Shown piece by piece: positions 1-10,300 of a DNA stretch of 64,000 nt. The notes below the pieces were generated by a model. It saw only the letters and a list, made by a program, of their open reading frames with translations. It was not told where the DNA came from and ran no database searches. The position numbers were made by a program, and so were the translations under genes. Source of the DNA: Epithemia pelagica (lineage: Eukaryota; Protista; Bacillariophyta). Position 1 is the first letter of the stretch. Each line of letters opens with the position of its first letter. The stretch lies in NCBI GenBank assembly GCA_946965045.2, contig OX337239.1, forward strand, positions 1,178,001 to 1,242,000, read 5' to 3'.

Positions 1-1942
1 AAAAATGATTCGAGTCATAATCCGTCCAGAACCATGGAAAGGTTGTGCTTGGTTTTGCAGTGGATGCTGATGAACTGGCCGTTTTGGACGACGAAGAGGT
101 CGACACATGCTTGTCCGAAGGAGTCTTGGTGGAAGATCGTCGACTTCGTCGGCGGGACGATGACAAAGAACTCGGTTTGGTGGAAGATATTGATTCTTGT
201 TCTTGCGAGGATGGTCGTCGTTTCTGCCTCCATTGCGTTGGCAAAAAGGCACCATCAGCATCTTCAACGTAATTGCGCAATCGATAATTCTTTTGCGGAT
301 GTCTCAATTTGTTCAACGCTCTAGCTTCCACCAACCGTACCCGATCTCGCGACATGTTCAAGGCCCGTGCGGTATCTGCCACAGTAGTACCCAAACTAAA
401 CGGACCAGGCGTTTTGTGTGATGGTTGCTGTTGTTGCAAGCCTCCGGTCGACTGACAAAATCCAAAACGATGCCATATCACTTGGCGTTCGATCGGGGAC
501 AGTTCGGTTTCCATGACGTGCCAAATATCTTGTTGCATGGCATCGTATTGGGCCGCTTCTTCGGGTGTAGGACAATCACTGGCCACCAGGTCACCCAGTG
601 TCGTGGTCGTCGTACTACTAGACGCAGTGGCACTGGCGGATGTGGAACTGCTGCTTGAAGTCGCCGAGCTACCACGTACAGCACCGGAACTGCTGCCACC
701 ACCACTGCTTGACTGTTTCGGTCCAGCAGGAAGTGGAGCTTCGAGGGACACAACATTGCGGGACGATTCTTGGTACCGACGAAGACGTTCTTCAGATAAT
801 CCAACACGTTGGGCCACAAGAGCCGAAAAAGACTCCGCCGAATGTTCATTCTTGTTGTCGTTGTTTTTCGGGCCGCGCCGAGAGGATTGTTGTTGCTCTT
901 GCAAGAGTTCCAATCGAGCGCGTCGAACTTTGCGCAACAACCCATGAACATGAGCGGGTAACCGAATGGCCCTTCCAATATCGCAGGCGGCTCGTCCAAT
1001 GCGTTGTCGAATCCAGTAGACGGCATAGGTGGAAAATCGAACGCCCTTGGTCGGACAAAACCGTTCGGCCGCTTCCAGTATACCGAGATTGCCCTCCTGA
1101 ATCAAATCGTGAACCGTCAAAATGGTTCCGACACTACCGGGTTCCATGCGCATGGCGTGTTGGAGATTGGAATAATGCTTCTTGGCCAAACTGGTGACCA
1201 ATCCGCCATTGGCAGTACACAAGGCCGTTCGGGCCGCTTGTCCCTTGTGCAAGACCAAGCGCAACTGGATAACCAAGGCGCGGTCCGTCGGGGTTGTCGA
1301 GGACGTCAAGGTGGCATTCGCCTCTTGCGCTCGTCGCCAGGCCTGAGCCCATTGTAACTCTGAAAGAGTTGTCATTGGTTTTTCTTGTTGCTGGACCAAC
1401 TCGTCACGCAGCCGAATGGCTTGTCGCATGGTTCTCAAATCTAAAACATATTGCACTTCTTGCTCACGTGTCAAAAATTTGGTCTTCTTCTGTGTCCTTG
1501 CTTTCTTTTGATTAATGCTGTTGGATGACAAGGATTGGACGCGCATGGTTTGCTTCTTCTTCCTCAAAGAACTTGATGACACCGCACTTTTCGTCGTAGT
1601 TCTTCTTGGTCTTGTTGTCGTGGTCCACTCTGGACTGGAAGAAAACTGGGAGGACGGTCGCGATTGTCCCGGTTGCAAGGGTTGAATTTGTCGAATCACC
1701 TGCACATCTCCAGCATCGTCGATCGGAGAGGTAGGCGAAGTCTTGGTTGTGGGAGAAGAAGAAGAACAAGATGACGGATCAATCAAGACATTGTTTGCCA
1801 AGAGAGGTGTCGTTTGAGGCGATTGAAAAGCAAGACTGGAGCTCGCCAGTAGGTGCAGTAGAAACAAGGAAATAGCCAAGCTTTTACCAGGACGGATATT
1901 GATTGCTATGGTTTGGGAGACTCTTGCTTGACAGGAAGTCAT
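1..1942 (-). CDS. Plastid-targeted RNA polymerase sigma-70 factor (3' end runs off the window start)
   Basis: Hand translation of an uninterrupted minus frame from ATG 1942 to the window edge; it has no stop, which is why it is absent from the ORF track. Region 1.2 FLTREQEVQY, region 2 DLIQEGNLGILEAAERFCPTKGVRFSTYAVYWIRQRI, region 3 AIRLPAHV...VVSLEAP, region 4 VADTARALNMSRDRVRLVEARALNKLRHP. N-terminus SLAISLFLLHLLASSSLAF-QSP is a signal peptide plus ASAF-type transit motif. Confidence 0.92.
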   Translation of the reverse strand, partial: MTSCQARVSQTIAINIRPGKSLAISLFLLHLLASSSLAFQSPQTTPLLANNVLIDPSSCSSSSPTTKTSPTSPIDDAGDVQVIRQIQPLQPGQSRPSSQFSSSPEWTTTTRPRRTTTKSAVSSSSLRKKKQTMRVQSLSSNSINQKKARTQKKTKFLTREQEVQYVLDLRTMRQAIRLRDELVQQQEKPMTTLSELQWAQAWRRAQEANATLTSSTTPTDRALVIQLRLVLHKGQAARTALCTANGGLVTSLAKKHYSNLQHAMRMEPGSVGTILTVHDLIQEGNLGILEAAERFCPTKGVRFSTYAVYWIRQRIGRAACDIGRAIRLPAHVHGLLRKVRRARLELLQEQQQSSRRGPKNNDNKNEHSAESFSALVAQRVGLSEERLRRYQESSRNVVSLEAPLPAGPKQSSSGGGSSSGAVRGSSATSSSSSTSASATASSSTTTTTLGDLVASDCPTPEEAAQYDAMQQDIWHVMETELSPIERQVIWHRFGFCQSTGGLQQQQPSHKTPGPFSLGTTVADTARALNMSRDRVRLVEARALNKLRHPQKNYRLRNYVEDADGAFLPTQWRQKRRPSSQEQESISSTKPSSLSSSRRRSRRSSTKTPSDKHVSTSSSSKTASSSASTAKPSTTFPWFWTDYDSNHF

Positions 1943-2662
1943 TGTAGTGATAATTTCTGCTTGATGCAATAATGTGAAACAGATATGTGAAGTCAAGAAA
2001 GGAAAGCGATTCAGAGACTTTAGAATGAGACCGGATCAATACTCTTGAAACGTAGCAGCAACTGTCAATGTGGGTACACGATGCGTGTTCCTTGTTCCTT
2101 GCGGTTGTCGGTTGCGTGCCAGAATGTGCAAGCCAAGAGACCTGTCTGCTTGTTTTTTTGGATGCTGGGGATGGGTGTATTTGCGAAGCAAGAGTTACTG
2201 TGATGGTGCCACTACGGGGCAATCAACTTGATTGGTCCGAGGCGAAAAACTACGTACGCGACGACGAATCTCGTGAGCTTGGGAGAATCTTTCTGTTCAG
2301 AGTGCCTGTTGTTGCTGCGTGTTTGTCGCAGGGGATGTTTGATTGGTCCAACAAGAGATACGTAAGAGGGGACTACAGTCGATCCAAGAGTACCCCGTTC
2401 GTTGCAGTTCGTTCTGGTCGCACTTTCCCTTGGACACGTGGGTCTGTGCGTGCCACTTCCACTCCACGTCGTGACTCGTGACATTCATGTTTCGCGTGGT
2501 GGCCAGGGGCCGTGGCCAGTGGCCACCGACTCACGTCTGTCTGTATGACGGGTACCCATCCCAGGTGGGGCTACCTCTACTTCCAATCCGAGATGGCCTA
2601 CAATAGGGTAGCCTTAACGCCATTCGCCTTGAGGCCGTGTTAGCACTTTTCGAGGACCATCT

Positions 2663-2718
2663 GTGCACCTCGATTTGACATACCTCGAGGTGCAATGATC
2701 CTCGTTTGGTGCACCTCG
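2663..2718. repeat. Element 1 left subterminal motif array (GTGCACCTCG x3, mixed orientation)
   Basis: GTGCACCTCG at 2663-2672 and 2709-2718; reverse copy CGAGGTGCA at 2686-2694. Confidence 0.85.
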
Positions 2719-2820
2719 CTGCTTATATCAAAATTAAAACCACACTTCGTTAGAGTTAACCAATCTGTCATTTTTTTCTCGTCACGTTGTCTTACGTCTC
2801 ATTCATTGCAGAACTTCAGC

Positions 2821-3384
2821 ATGTCATTCTCTGCTCCTGATTGCATTTCATCCACCTCCATGCCGGATGCCATCCCTGTTTACTCCAGTGCTCCGGAGTT
2901 TTACGAGGAAACTCGCGGCGAATGCGAGGCAGTTTGCCTCATGATGTCATCGGACGATGTCTGCATCGTCACCCCCGAAGGTGTTGTTTCCGACAAGCTT
3001 GATCGAGTGTACAAGACGCGTTTTGTGAAAGAAGACTGTTGCTTCGACAATGAACAAGCCGTGTTCGAAGCTGTCTCAAAGAATCTTGGATCAAAACACG
3101 AAGGCCGCCCTGTGTTTTGGCAACAAGTCTGCGCGGAATGCAAGCAAGACCCATGTGTGATCTTCCAGCATGGGTCTTTTATATATTCCATCCACATGCA
3201 TCTCCAGAAGCGCAACAAAACGAATCGCGAAATTCGTTTTCAGTTGTATCGCCGTCTCTCTCGAACTCTCCATGGAGAGCTTGGCCGTGGAAACCGCCGG
3301 CCTCTTCCTCCCTGTCTAGTTCGATTCGTCCGTGACATTCTACCGAATGAAGACGGAGAGGCTTATGTTGGTTTTCGTGCGTAA
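2821..3384 (+). CDS. piggyBac element 1 accessory protein (187 aa), C-terminal P2X7-ballast-like Cys/His domain
   Basis: ATG at 2821. C-terminus CAECKQDPC...TNREIRFQLYRRLSRTLHGELGRGNRRPLPPCLVRFVRDILPNEDGEAYVGF. About 44 of 88 residues are identical to the accessory ORF of element 2. Confidence 0.85.
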   Translation: MSFSAPDCISSTSMPDAIPVYSSAPEFYEETRGECEAVCLMMSSDDVCIVTPEGVVSDKLDRVYKTRFVKEDCCFDNEQAVFEAVSKNLGSKHEGRPVFWQQVCAECKQDPCVIFQHGSFIYSIHMHLQKRNKTNREIRFQLYRRLSRTLHGELGRGNRRPLPPCLVRFVRDILPNEDGEAYVGFRA

Positions 3385-3426
3385 ATATAGACCATGACTC
3401 TACATTGATACTTAGTCAAACTATTC

Positions 3427-6400
3427 TTACATTTCCACAATCTCATTTTCTTCGTCATCATCGTCATCATCATCACTTCGTCCTGATTGTAATTGTCGCT
3501 CATTATTCGCTGTGCCATTTCGACTACCTTGTTGACTGACATTTTGTCCTGATTGTGATTGTCCCTCATTATTTGTTGTGCCATTTTCACTACCTTCTTG
3601 GCTGGCCTCACGGTTGTCTACGATGTCGGACAGATCGTCAGTACTCTCCGACCGCTTCCGTCTCCTTGCTCCCAATCTCCCCACTTCCTTCAAACCGTGC
3701 GCCCTGCGAATTTCAGAGATTACAGGATGTCCCCTGTTGATAGTATAATCATATCGTCCACTAGCGTTGGTCATGAAACATTGCCGACCTGTTTCAGAAT
3801 GTAAAATTTCGAAACAGGTCATGCCATCAAATACCGGATGGCTGTGTATCTTCCACCCCTTTGCAGCTCTATCCTTCGAATGTGCTAGATGGGCCACTAG
3901 GCCACATTTCGCGCATCTACCAACGTTGGAGTACATCCCACCCATTGGCAGCTTCCCCTTCAACCATCGATATTCCATCATACAAACGTTGCATCTTGCC
4001 CGGCCTTTAATCTCTATCGGAACATGACCATCCGAACACTGTTGGTTGTTGTGAATTGTGGGATTCCTAGGGATGTAATCGACCACTGGTTCGTAGTCCA
4101 ACATACTTTGGGCAATTATTGTGTAGAAGCCGTGTCTTGTCAAGCGCTTTCTCCTTCCCCGTACTGGCTGCTCATCGCATGACAAATTCCATGCGATGTA
4201 GGCATTCAAAAGTGTAACGTCGGCAATTCCAAGGTAGACCTTTTTGTACCATTTCTTGTAGTGGCTTCGTTGTGAGAATCCCCCTCCATGACCCCTCATC
4301 TGGTCTCCCTTGTCTACGGATCCCATGTTCATTTGGTATCGGATCAATGGGTTGGGGCAATTCAATTCCTTTTTTTGTGAACCGACTTGTCTGCGAACAA
4401 CAGAGTGGCCAGTATCTTCTACACTCGACACAAAAGAAACGACCTTGCTGTCGACCCACTGCCCACAAACAATCCCATTTACAGCATCATGGACCACCTT
4501 GAAGGAACCGCGATTGTTCTTGGACTTGGACAAGTTCATATGTGTCTTGTCCCAACCTTTTCTATTTGACCGACAAGTTCCTGTTGAGAAGCAGTTAAAT
4601 CTCTCCCTGAGTATAACAGCAAGTTGGGGTGACATATACCTGTTGTCCATGCTTATATGATGCATCCCCTCTGTCTCTTTATGCAAACCTAGGGCATAAG
4701 CCGCATTGAGAACAGCCTTCATAGTCGTAGGAAATCGGTGTATACTGGGCCGGATGTACGAATTTGTCGCGTTCTTCCCCTGGTACACGTCCAAGTGTAG
4801 GATCGCATAATTGGCCGACGACGCCATGATGAAGAAGTCGACTCTAAACTTTTGGGGCTTATCTTTGTTGAACTGTCTGACCGGGCATTGTCGTGACCGA
4901 CAACCGATCCCCCCTTCGTCGAATGCAAGATCAGTTGGTACGTAGAAAGTCTTGCGTGCCGTCTCATTCAGTTGGTTTATGAGTAGTCGTAGTTGGTAGC
5001 ACTTGTCTCCCCCAGCTGCCGCTACCATTTTGTTTTCTGGATGGAATGCTCCCCTTATCTGCCTAAATCGATTGAGACTCATGTACTTCACGGCAAAACC
5101 TTTCGTTCCTTCGATTTCTATCGGAGGTACGTCCGGAGAAACATTGTACGTTTGATTGGTGGTTTGAAAGTAGGCAGTGTAGCCCCCACCATCTACCGGT
5201 TTCAGGGACATCATAAGTAGGATCCCCAAAAACCGATACATCTCTTGGATTGTCACGTCAGTCCACTTTTGCGAGTGGTAGTATCCATTCCGAGAAGCCT
5301 GTCTTAGCTTCAAGTGCGAATGATAATACTCATTCGTCGAGGCCGTAAGCTTTCTTATTATCGCGTCATTCAGCCCCCCACACCGTTGAAAGCATTCAAA
5401 CGGAGTGGAAAACGTATTCGATACTCCGGGCCGCAGGTTTTTCCCACCAGTATACATTGATTTATGACGTTGGTCGGTCCCAATGAAATTGTAACCCGGT
5501 GGGCTATCACGTTCCACGTACTTGAACACCAGACTCTGCAGAGTTTCAAGCAATGTTGTTCGGTCGTCGCTCGTTGATCCGTCGCCATTGTTTTCTTGTG
5601 CATTGTTTGTGTCGGCTTGGTTGGAATTCCCAGCAACAGGAGGTGGGTCCTCGTCTTCAGATACACCGCTGTCATCTTCGAAAACATCACCCGGTCGACT
5701 GTCATCATCACTTTTTTCATCGTATGCTTCCTCGTCGGAAGTATCCGATAGTACCTCTCCTTCATCGGCTCGCAGTGCACGTCGTGTCGTCCGGCGGTCG
5801 ACATGTTGCTGCGGTTGGATTGTTGCCTGGTTTTCTTGTGTCGCAAGGGGCGACTCATCAGGAATCATTGTTCGCAGTGTCGCTCTGCCTTGGGCGCGCA
5901 CAGTCTCCGATGGGGTGTCTTCGTTGTTGTTATGGTCTCCATTCGATTGTCGTCGGGCAGACAATCCGGTGGTTTGTGTTAATGGACTACGGACTTGGAC
6001 TTGGTTACCAACCACGGTGGGAATGCCTGGAGGGTTGTTGCTCTGTGGTTGCTGTGTCGTTGAAAAAGATTTCCAGTCAGCGATATACTTTTTCAAAAGA
6101 TTTTTCGTGGACTCTGTCGAAGTAAAGGAGGTGGACGACCATTCTAAGGGAATGTGTTCGTCCTGATGCCACTCAATCAGGAACATATAGTTGTTGCGTT
6201 TAGCCGGACAAGACACAATTCTTCCCGACAGCATATAAGGATTGGAAGAGGATCGGTCTGGAAATTTCGAAAGCAAGGAGTTCAAGAACTCGGACCTCAG
6301 CCAAAAGGTATGTGGCGCTCGTATTTTTTGCTTGGCGAATGAAAACCGATTCCTGCTCTGTTTCTGTCTGTTTTCTTGTTCAGGAGGACTTGGTTGTGCA

Positions 6401-6528
6401 GGACGACAATGTTGCTCTGGAGGGCGTTCTTCTGACGGGGGTTGCAGTGTAGGAGGACGAGTTTCGTCTTGAGTAATAACGACAGGGGTCTCATTTTGAG
6501 ATTCGTCTGGACCAGCGGCAGCAGACAT
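3427..6528 (-). CDS. piggyBac transposase (DDE_Tnp_1_7/PGBD-type), 1033 aa
   Basis: Catalytic motifs LAFDEGG, SMDNRYMSP, GSVDKGDQM. Also KPQKFRVDFF, WVDSKVV, KWYKKVYLGIADVTLLNAYI and a C-terminal Cys-rich CNVC...CAKC...H. ATG at 6528; no stops. Confidence 0.95.
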   Translation of the reverse strand: MSAAAGPDESQNETPVVITQDETRPPTLQPPSEERPPEQHCRPAQPSPPEQENRQKQSRNRFSFAKQKIRAPHTFWLRSEFLNSLLSKFPDRSSSNPYMLSGRIVSCPAKRNNYMFLIEWHQDEHIPLEWSSTSFTSTESTKNLLKKYIADWKSFSTTQQPQSNNPPGIPTVVGNQVQVRSPLTQTTGLSARRQSNGDHNNNEDTPSETVRAQGRATLRTMIPDESPLATQENQATIQPQQHVDRRTTRRALRADEGEVLSDTSDEEAYDEKSDDDSRPGDVFEDDSGVSEDEDPPPVAGNSNQADTNNAQENNGDGSTSDDRTTLLETLQSLVFKYVERDSPPGYNFIGTDQRHKSMYTGGKNLRPGVSNTFSTPFECFQRCGGLNDAIIRKLTASTNEYYHSHLKLRQASRNGYYHSQKWTDVTIQEMYRFLGILLMMSLKPVDGGGYTAYFQTTNQTYNVSPDVPPIEIEGTKGFAVKYMSLNRFRQIRGAFHPENKMVAAAGGDKCYQLRLLINQLNETARKTFYVPTDLAFDEGGIGCRSRQCPVRQFNKDKPQKFRVDFFIMASSANYAILHLDVYQGKNATNSYIRPSIHRFPTTMKAVLNAAYALGLHKETEGMHHISMDNRYMSPQLAVILRERFNCFSTGTCRSNRKGWDKTHMNLSKSKNNRGSFKVVHDAVNGIVCGQWVDSKVVSFVSSVEDTGHSVVRRQVGSQKKELNCPNPLIRYQMNMGSVDKGDQMRGHGGGFSQRSHYKKWYKKVYLGIADVTLLNAYIAWNLSCDEQPVRGRRKRLTRHGFYTIIAQSMLDYEPVVDYIPRNPTIHNNQQCSDGHVPIEIKGRARCNVCMMEYRWLKGKLPMGGMYSNVGRCAKCGLVAHLAHSKDRAAKGWKIHSHPVFDGMTCFEILHSETGRQCFMTNASGRYDYTINRGHPVISEIRRAHGLKEVGRLGARRRKRSESTDDLSDIVDNREASQEGSENGTTNNEGQSQSGQNVSQQGSRNGTANNERQLQSGRSDDDDDDDEENEIVEM

Positions 6529-6830
6529 TGGCGAACGATCAGTTACAACACTGTACAAATCGAATATTGGTTGTTGAAGACAACTAGTGGGTGGTACTTC
6601 TGCTTGGTCAGGTACAACGCAATGTCGAGACAGTCGTCGGGGTCTGAAACGAGGGACGAAAACTGAGGCAAGATGCCGATTCTTTTCTGGGAAATTTCAC
6701 GATGATGCAGTCAGAATTCAACTATAGTGTCTTAGAGTAAAATTTTCGTAATTTCATGCTCTATCGTTTGGAATGAGTCTTTGTCATGATAAGGAGGTAT
6801 AGAAAGAGATATGGATGATAATATGAGAGG

Positions 6831-6882
6831 GAGGTGCGTATGTGCACCTCGTTTTGTTTGGGAGGTGCATATGTGCACCTCG
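6831..6882. repeat. Element 1 right subterminal array: two quasi-palindromes GAGGTGC(G/A)TATGTGCACCTC, 31-bp period
   Basis: Units at 6831-6850 and 6862-6881; same core motif as the left end. Confidence 0.85.
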
Positions 6883-6988
6883 ATGTTGTATGGCGTTAAC
6901 GTTATGATCCTACTCCCTCTGGACCGTAATTGTGTAGCGCGCGACCAACAAGTAAAATTAGTCGCCTTAACGCCATTCGTAATCGGGC

Positions 6989-7036
6989 AGTAAATACACT
7001 ACTCGCATAATTTTGAGTAGTAAATACACTACTCGC
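6989..7036. repeat. Element 2 subterminal direct repeat AGTAAATACACTACTCGC x2 (30-bp period), with an inverted copy at the other end
   Basis: Copies at 6989-7006 and 7019-7036. ACTACTCGCATAA (6998-7010) is inverted at 11557-11569. Confidence 0.85.
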
Positions 7037-7325
7037 TTAATTTCCTTTCCACCCTACGTCGTCAATATCCACGTCATCTCTTTTTTGACCCGTCATTCTG
7101 ATAGATCTCGTCATTTGGAGCGTTTTGGTATATGACACCCTACACTAATTCTCAAGTTGTGATGGTCGTTTCCTCGTTCAAAAAATCGCTACTTTCCCTC
7201 ATTTTTCTTCCTTGACGATAGAGGTCCGACTTTGACCATAACTCCTACATTCTAAAAGTCGTTTCGAGTGTCGGCAATCTCCATTCAAGTCCATAATAAC
7301 ATCAAGAAGTGGTGTACGGAAGGAT

Positions 7326-10300
7326 ATGTCGTCAACCTCGACCAATTCGGCCGGAGAGACCCAAACGTCACAGAGTGCATACTCTCAGTCGTTACTCGAT
7401 TCATCTCAAGAAGCCAACGAATCAAGTCAAGCATCCTCCAGACCAGTTTCTGTTCCTACGCGACGACAGCCACAACAACGCAATCGGTTCTCCTACGCAA
7501 GAAGAAAGTTGATCGCTCCACATTCATTCTGGCTCGATCGGAATTTTCTCAACCGGTTCACTGCCACATTTCCTGGTCGAACAGTGAGCGCGCCGTTGTT
7601 GCTTCAGGGACAGATCCAAGCCTGTCCAACGAACAAGAATGGAAACGTTTATGTTGTATTTTGGAACCAAGCTGACCACCCAAATCTTGATCCAGCTTGG
7701 GTATGCCGTCATTACCCGTCGACCCAGTATTTCAAGGATCTCCTCAAAGACTACATCTCTGCCTACGACGATTGCAAACGTCGTCAGGATTCGACGGGAA
7801 ATACCTCTACGACCAACAACAACAACGCCGCTCCGGATTCTCGTCGTAACCAATTGTCTCCAACCGCCAATAATACACAACAAACTTCCACCACCTTGAC
7901 CCAGACCGACAATACACAGCCAACTTTGAACCAAGTCACGCAGACAAACAATACACAGCAGCTTTCGATGTCTTCGACCCGTGGCAATAATCGGGAAAGT
8001 GAAACCCCACTTTCGCACGATTCCAATGAACCTGATTTGCCTTCTCCCCAAGATGACGACAATTCTGATAACCAAGACATCCCATCGACAATTGAAAGGG
8101 CCCAACGTCGCGCTCAACTCCGAACTGCAGCTGCAGAAGATGGGTCACCTGCTCTGTCCAATCTCACAGACAACCAGCCAAGTCAAGGCATTACAGGCAA
8201 CACACCTCCAACCAATCCTGACTCTCGTCCCATACGCCTTTTTGGGAGCGGCAGTACTGTCACTAATGGAGAATCTGGTACCGCGACAGAGAACGCGTCA
8301 ATGCCTAGTCGGCGACTTCGACGACGACCCAATGACACAGAGGACTCAAGTGATTCTGAATCGGACGAAGATGGAGCGGACCCAGACGACGATTTGGAAC
8401 AAGACGAACAAGTTCCACGCCCAGACAATCCACTGGAGGACCAGAATGATTCGGACGATGAGGATGAAGAGGAAACTGAAGAAACACCCCCTCCCGTGCC
8501 CCCTCCACAACAAAACACAAATGCAGCACAACAAAACACAAATGAGACGAATGAGAACAACCAACCAGAACAAACCATTCGTCAACTCATGGATGCGTTG
8601 GTATTTTCATATCAAGAGACAGAACTTTCGGCTGAACCTACCGAATGGATTGGAAAAGACGCGAATCATCGTTCCATGTACAGTGGACCAGATGGTCTCA
8701 GGAATGGAGTTAGTGACAACTTTACCAATCCATACCAATGTTTCCAGTTTGTTGGTGGCCTGTCAAACTCGCTGATAGCAGATATGGCAACTGCTACGAA
8801 TGTTTATTTCCACGAGAAGATAAAACCAAACCTGGTGTCTCGTCGTGGATACTACCACTCACAAAAGTGGCAGAATGTCACTCTCGAAGAGATGACGAGA
8901 TTTCTAGGGATCATCCTGATGATGTCCCTTCGTCCCGTCGACGGAGGAGGATACGGTGCATATTTTCAAACTACAAATCGCATGTATAATGTCGGGGCCG
9001 GCCAACCGGCTATTGAAATCAAAGATAGCGCAGGATGGGCCAGTCAATATATGAAGTTAGCACGTTTCCGTCAGATTCGGGGGGCTTTCCACTTCGAGGA
9101 GAGTCCAAGCAGGCGTGGTGGTGACAAATGCCATCAGTTACGGAAGTTGATCACAGCCCTCAACGCAGCTTCAAAACGTAGCTTCCGGATCCCCAAAGAC
9201 ATGGCGTTCGACGAAGGTGGCATTGGATGCAGGTCACGGTACTGTCCGGTGAGACAGTATAACAAAGATAAACCCCAGAAGTTTCGGGTTGATTTTTTTA
9301 TATTGTCTTCTTCTTCCACCTACGCAATTCTTCATCTGGACGTTTATCAAGGAAAAAACACGTCCAATGCCTACATACGGCCGGAAGCTAAACAGCTCCC
9401 TACTACCATGAAGGCAGTCGTCAACGCCTGTTACGCATTGGGCATCCACAAGTTGACAGATGGTTACCGGCATCTGTCGATGGACAATCGATACGCTGCT
9501 CCGAAGTTGGCGGTCATCCTCCGCGACCGGCTCCGTCTTTTTTCCACTGGGACATGTCGGGCCAATAGGATTGGTTGGAATCGAACCAAGTTGAATTTGA
9601 AGCGGACAAAGACAAATCGGGGTAATTGCATCTTGTTTCATGACCCGGTGAATGGGCTCATCTTCGGGCAGTGGGTGGATTCGAAAACGGTGAACTTCGT
9701 AAGTTCCTACGAAGATTCTGGAAGTGGGATCGTCCTCCGCCAAGTGGGCAGTCAAAAAGTGGAGTTTGTTTGCCCTGTACCGCTTATACGGTACCAAATG
9801 AATATGGGCGGCGTTGATAATGGTGACCAGATGAGGTTTCAGTTCGGAGGATTTGCAACCCATTCACACTTCAAGAAATGGTATAAGAAATCTGGCTTCG
9901 CTGTGATTGATTGTATGCTACTCAACAGTTATATTGCTTGGAACCTTGCAGCAGGCAATCGTCCTCGTTCCCGTAAAACGAAGTTGTCGCGGCATGCATT
10001 TTACACAATCATTGCCCAAACAATGTGCAGCTACGTCGCTCCTCAGGAAGTAGATGCTTTGGCTCGTCGGACAAGAAACAACAACGAATCAACATGTAAC
10101 GATGGGCACTACCCAGTGGCGGTAGAAAGCAACAAACAAGTTGGATGTGCTGTGTGTATGCTGGAATATAGATGGAAGAAGCAAGAACTTAAGATGGGTG
10201 GGTTATTCAAGAACGTTGGGAGATGCGTCAAGTGTGGGATTGCGGCCCACACGGTGGCTTGCCAACACAAAGGAGAAGAAGGCTGGAAAATCCACAACCG

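Larger units (their letters stand above)
2618..6895 (-). mobile_element. piggyBac-superfamily DNA transposon, element 1 (4278 bp)
   Basis: TTAA at 2614-2617 and 6896-6899. Termini CGCCATTC / GTATGGCG (7/8 inverted match). Subterminal GTGCACCTCG motifs at both ends. Contains an intact DDD transposase and an accessory ORF. Confidence 0.9.

Noticed and set aside
478-1357. Listed ORFs 478-1026, 513-947, 640-1197 and 1004-1357
   Set aside because: They are off-frame or antisense shadows of the sigma factor gene.
2068-2488. Overlapping ORFs upstream of the sigma factor
   Set aside because: No motifs and mutually overlapping; more likely promoter DNA.
2611-6970. Both piggyBacs are preceded by GCC-TTAA, suggesting an extended target preference
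   Set aside because: n=2, and the GCC flanks opposite ends relative to the transposase, so the sites are not equivalent.
6831-7036. Short spaced repeats that superficially resemble a CRISPR array
   Set aside because: Only two units per type, no variable spacers, no cas genes, eukaryotic context; explained as transposon subterminal repeats.
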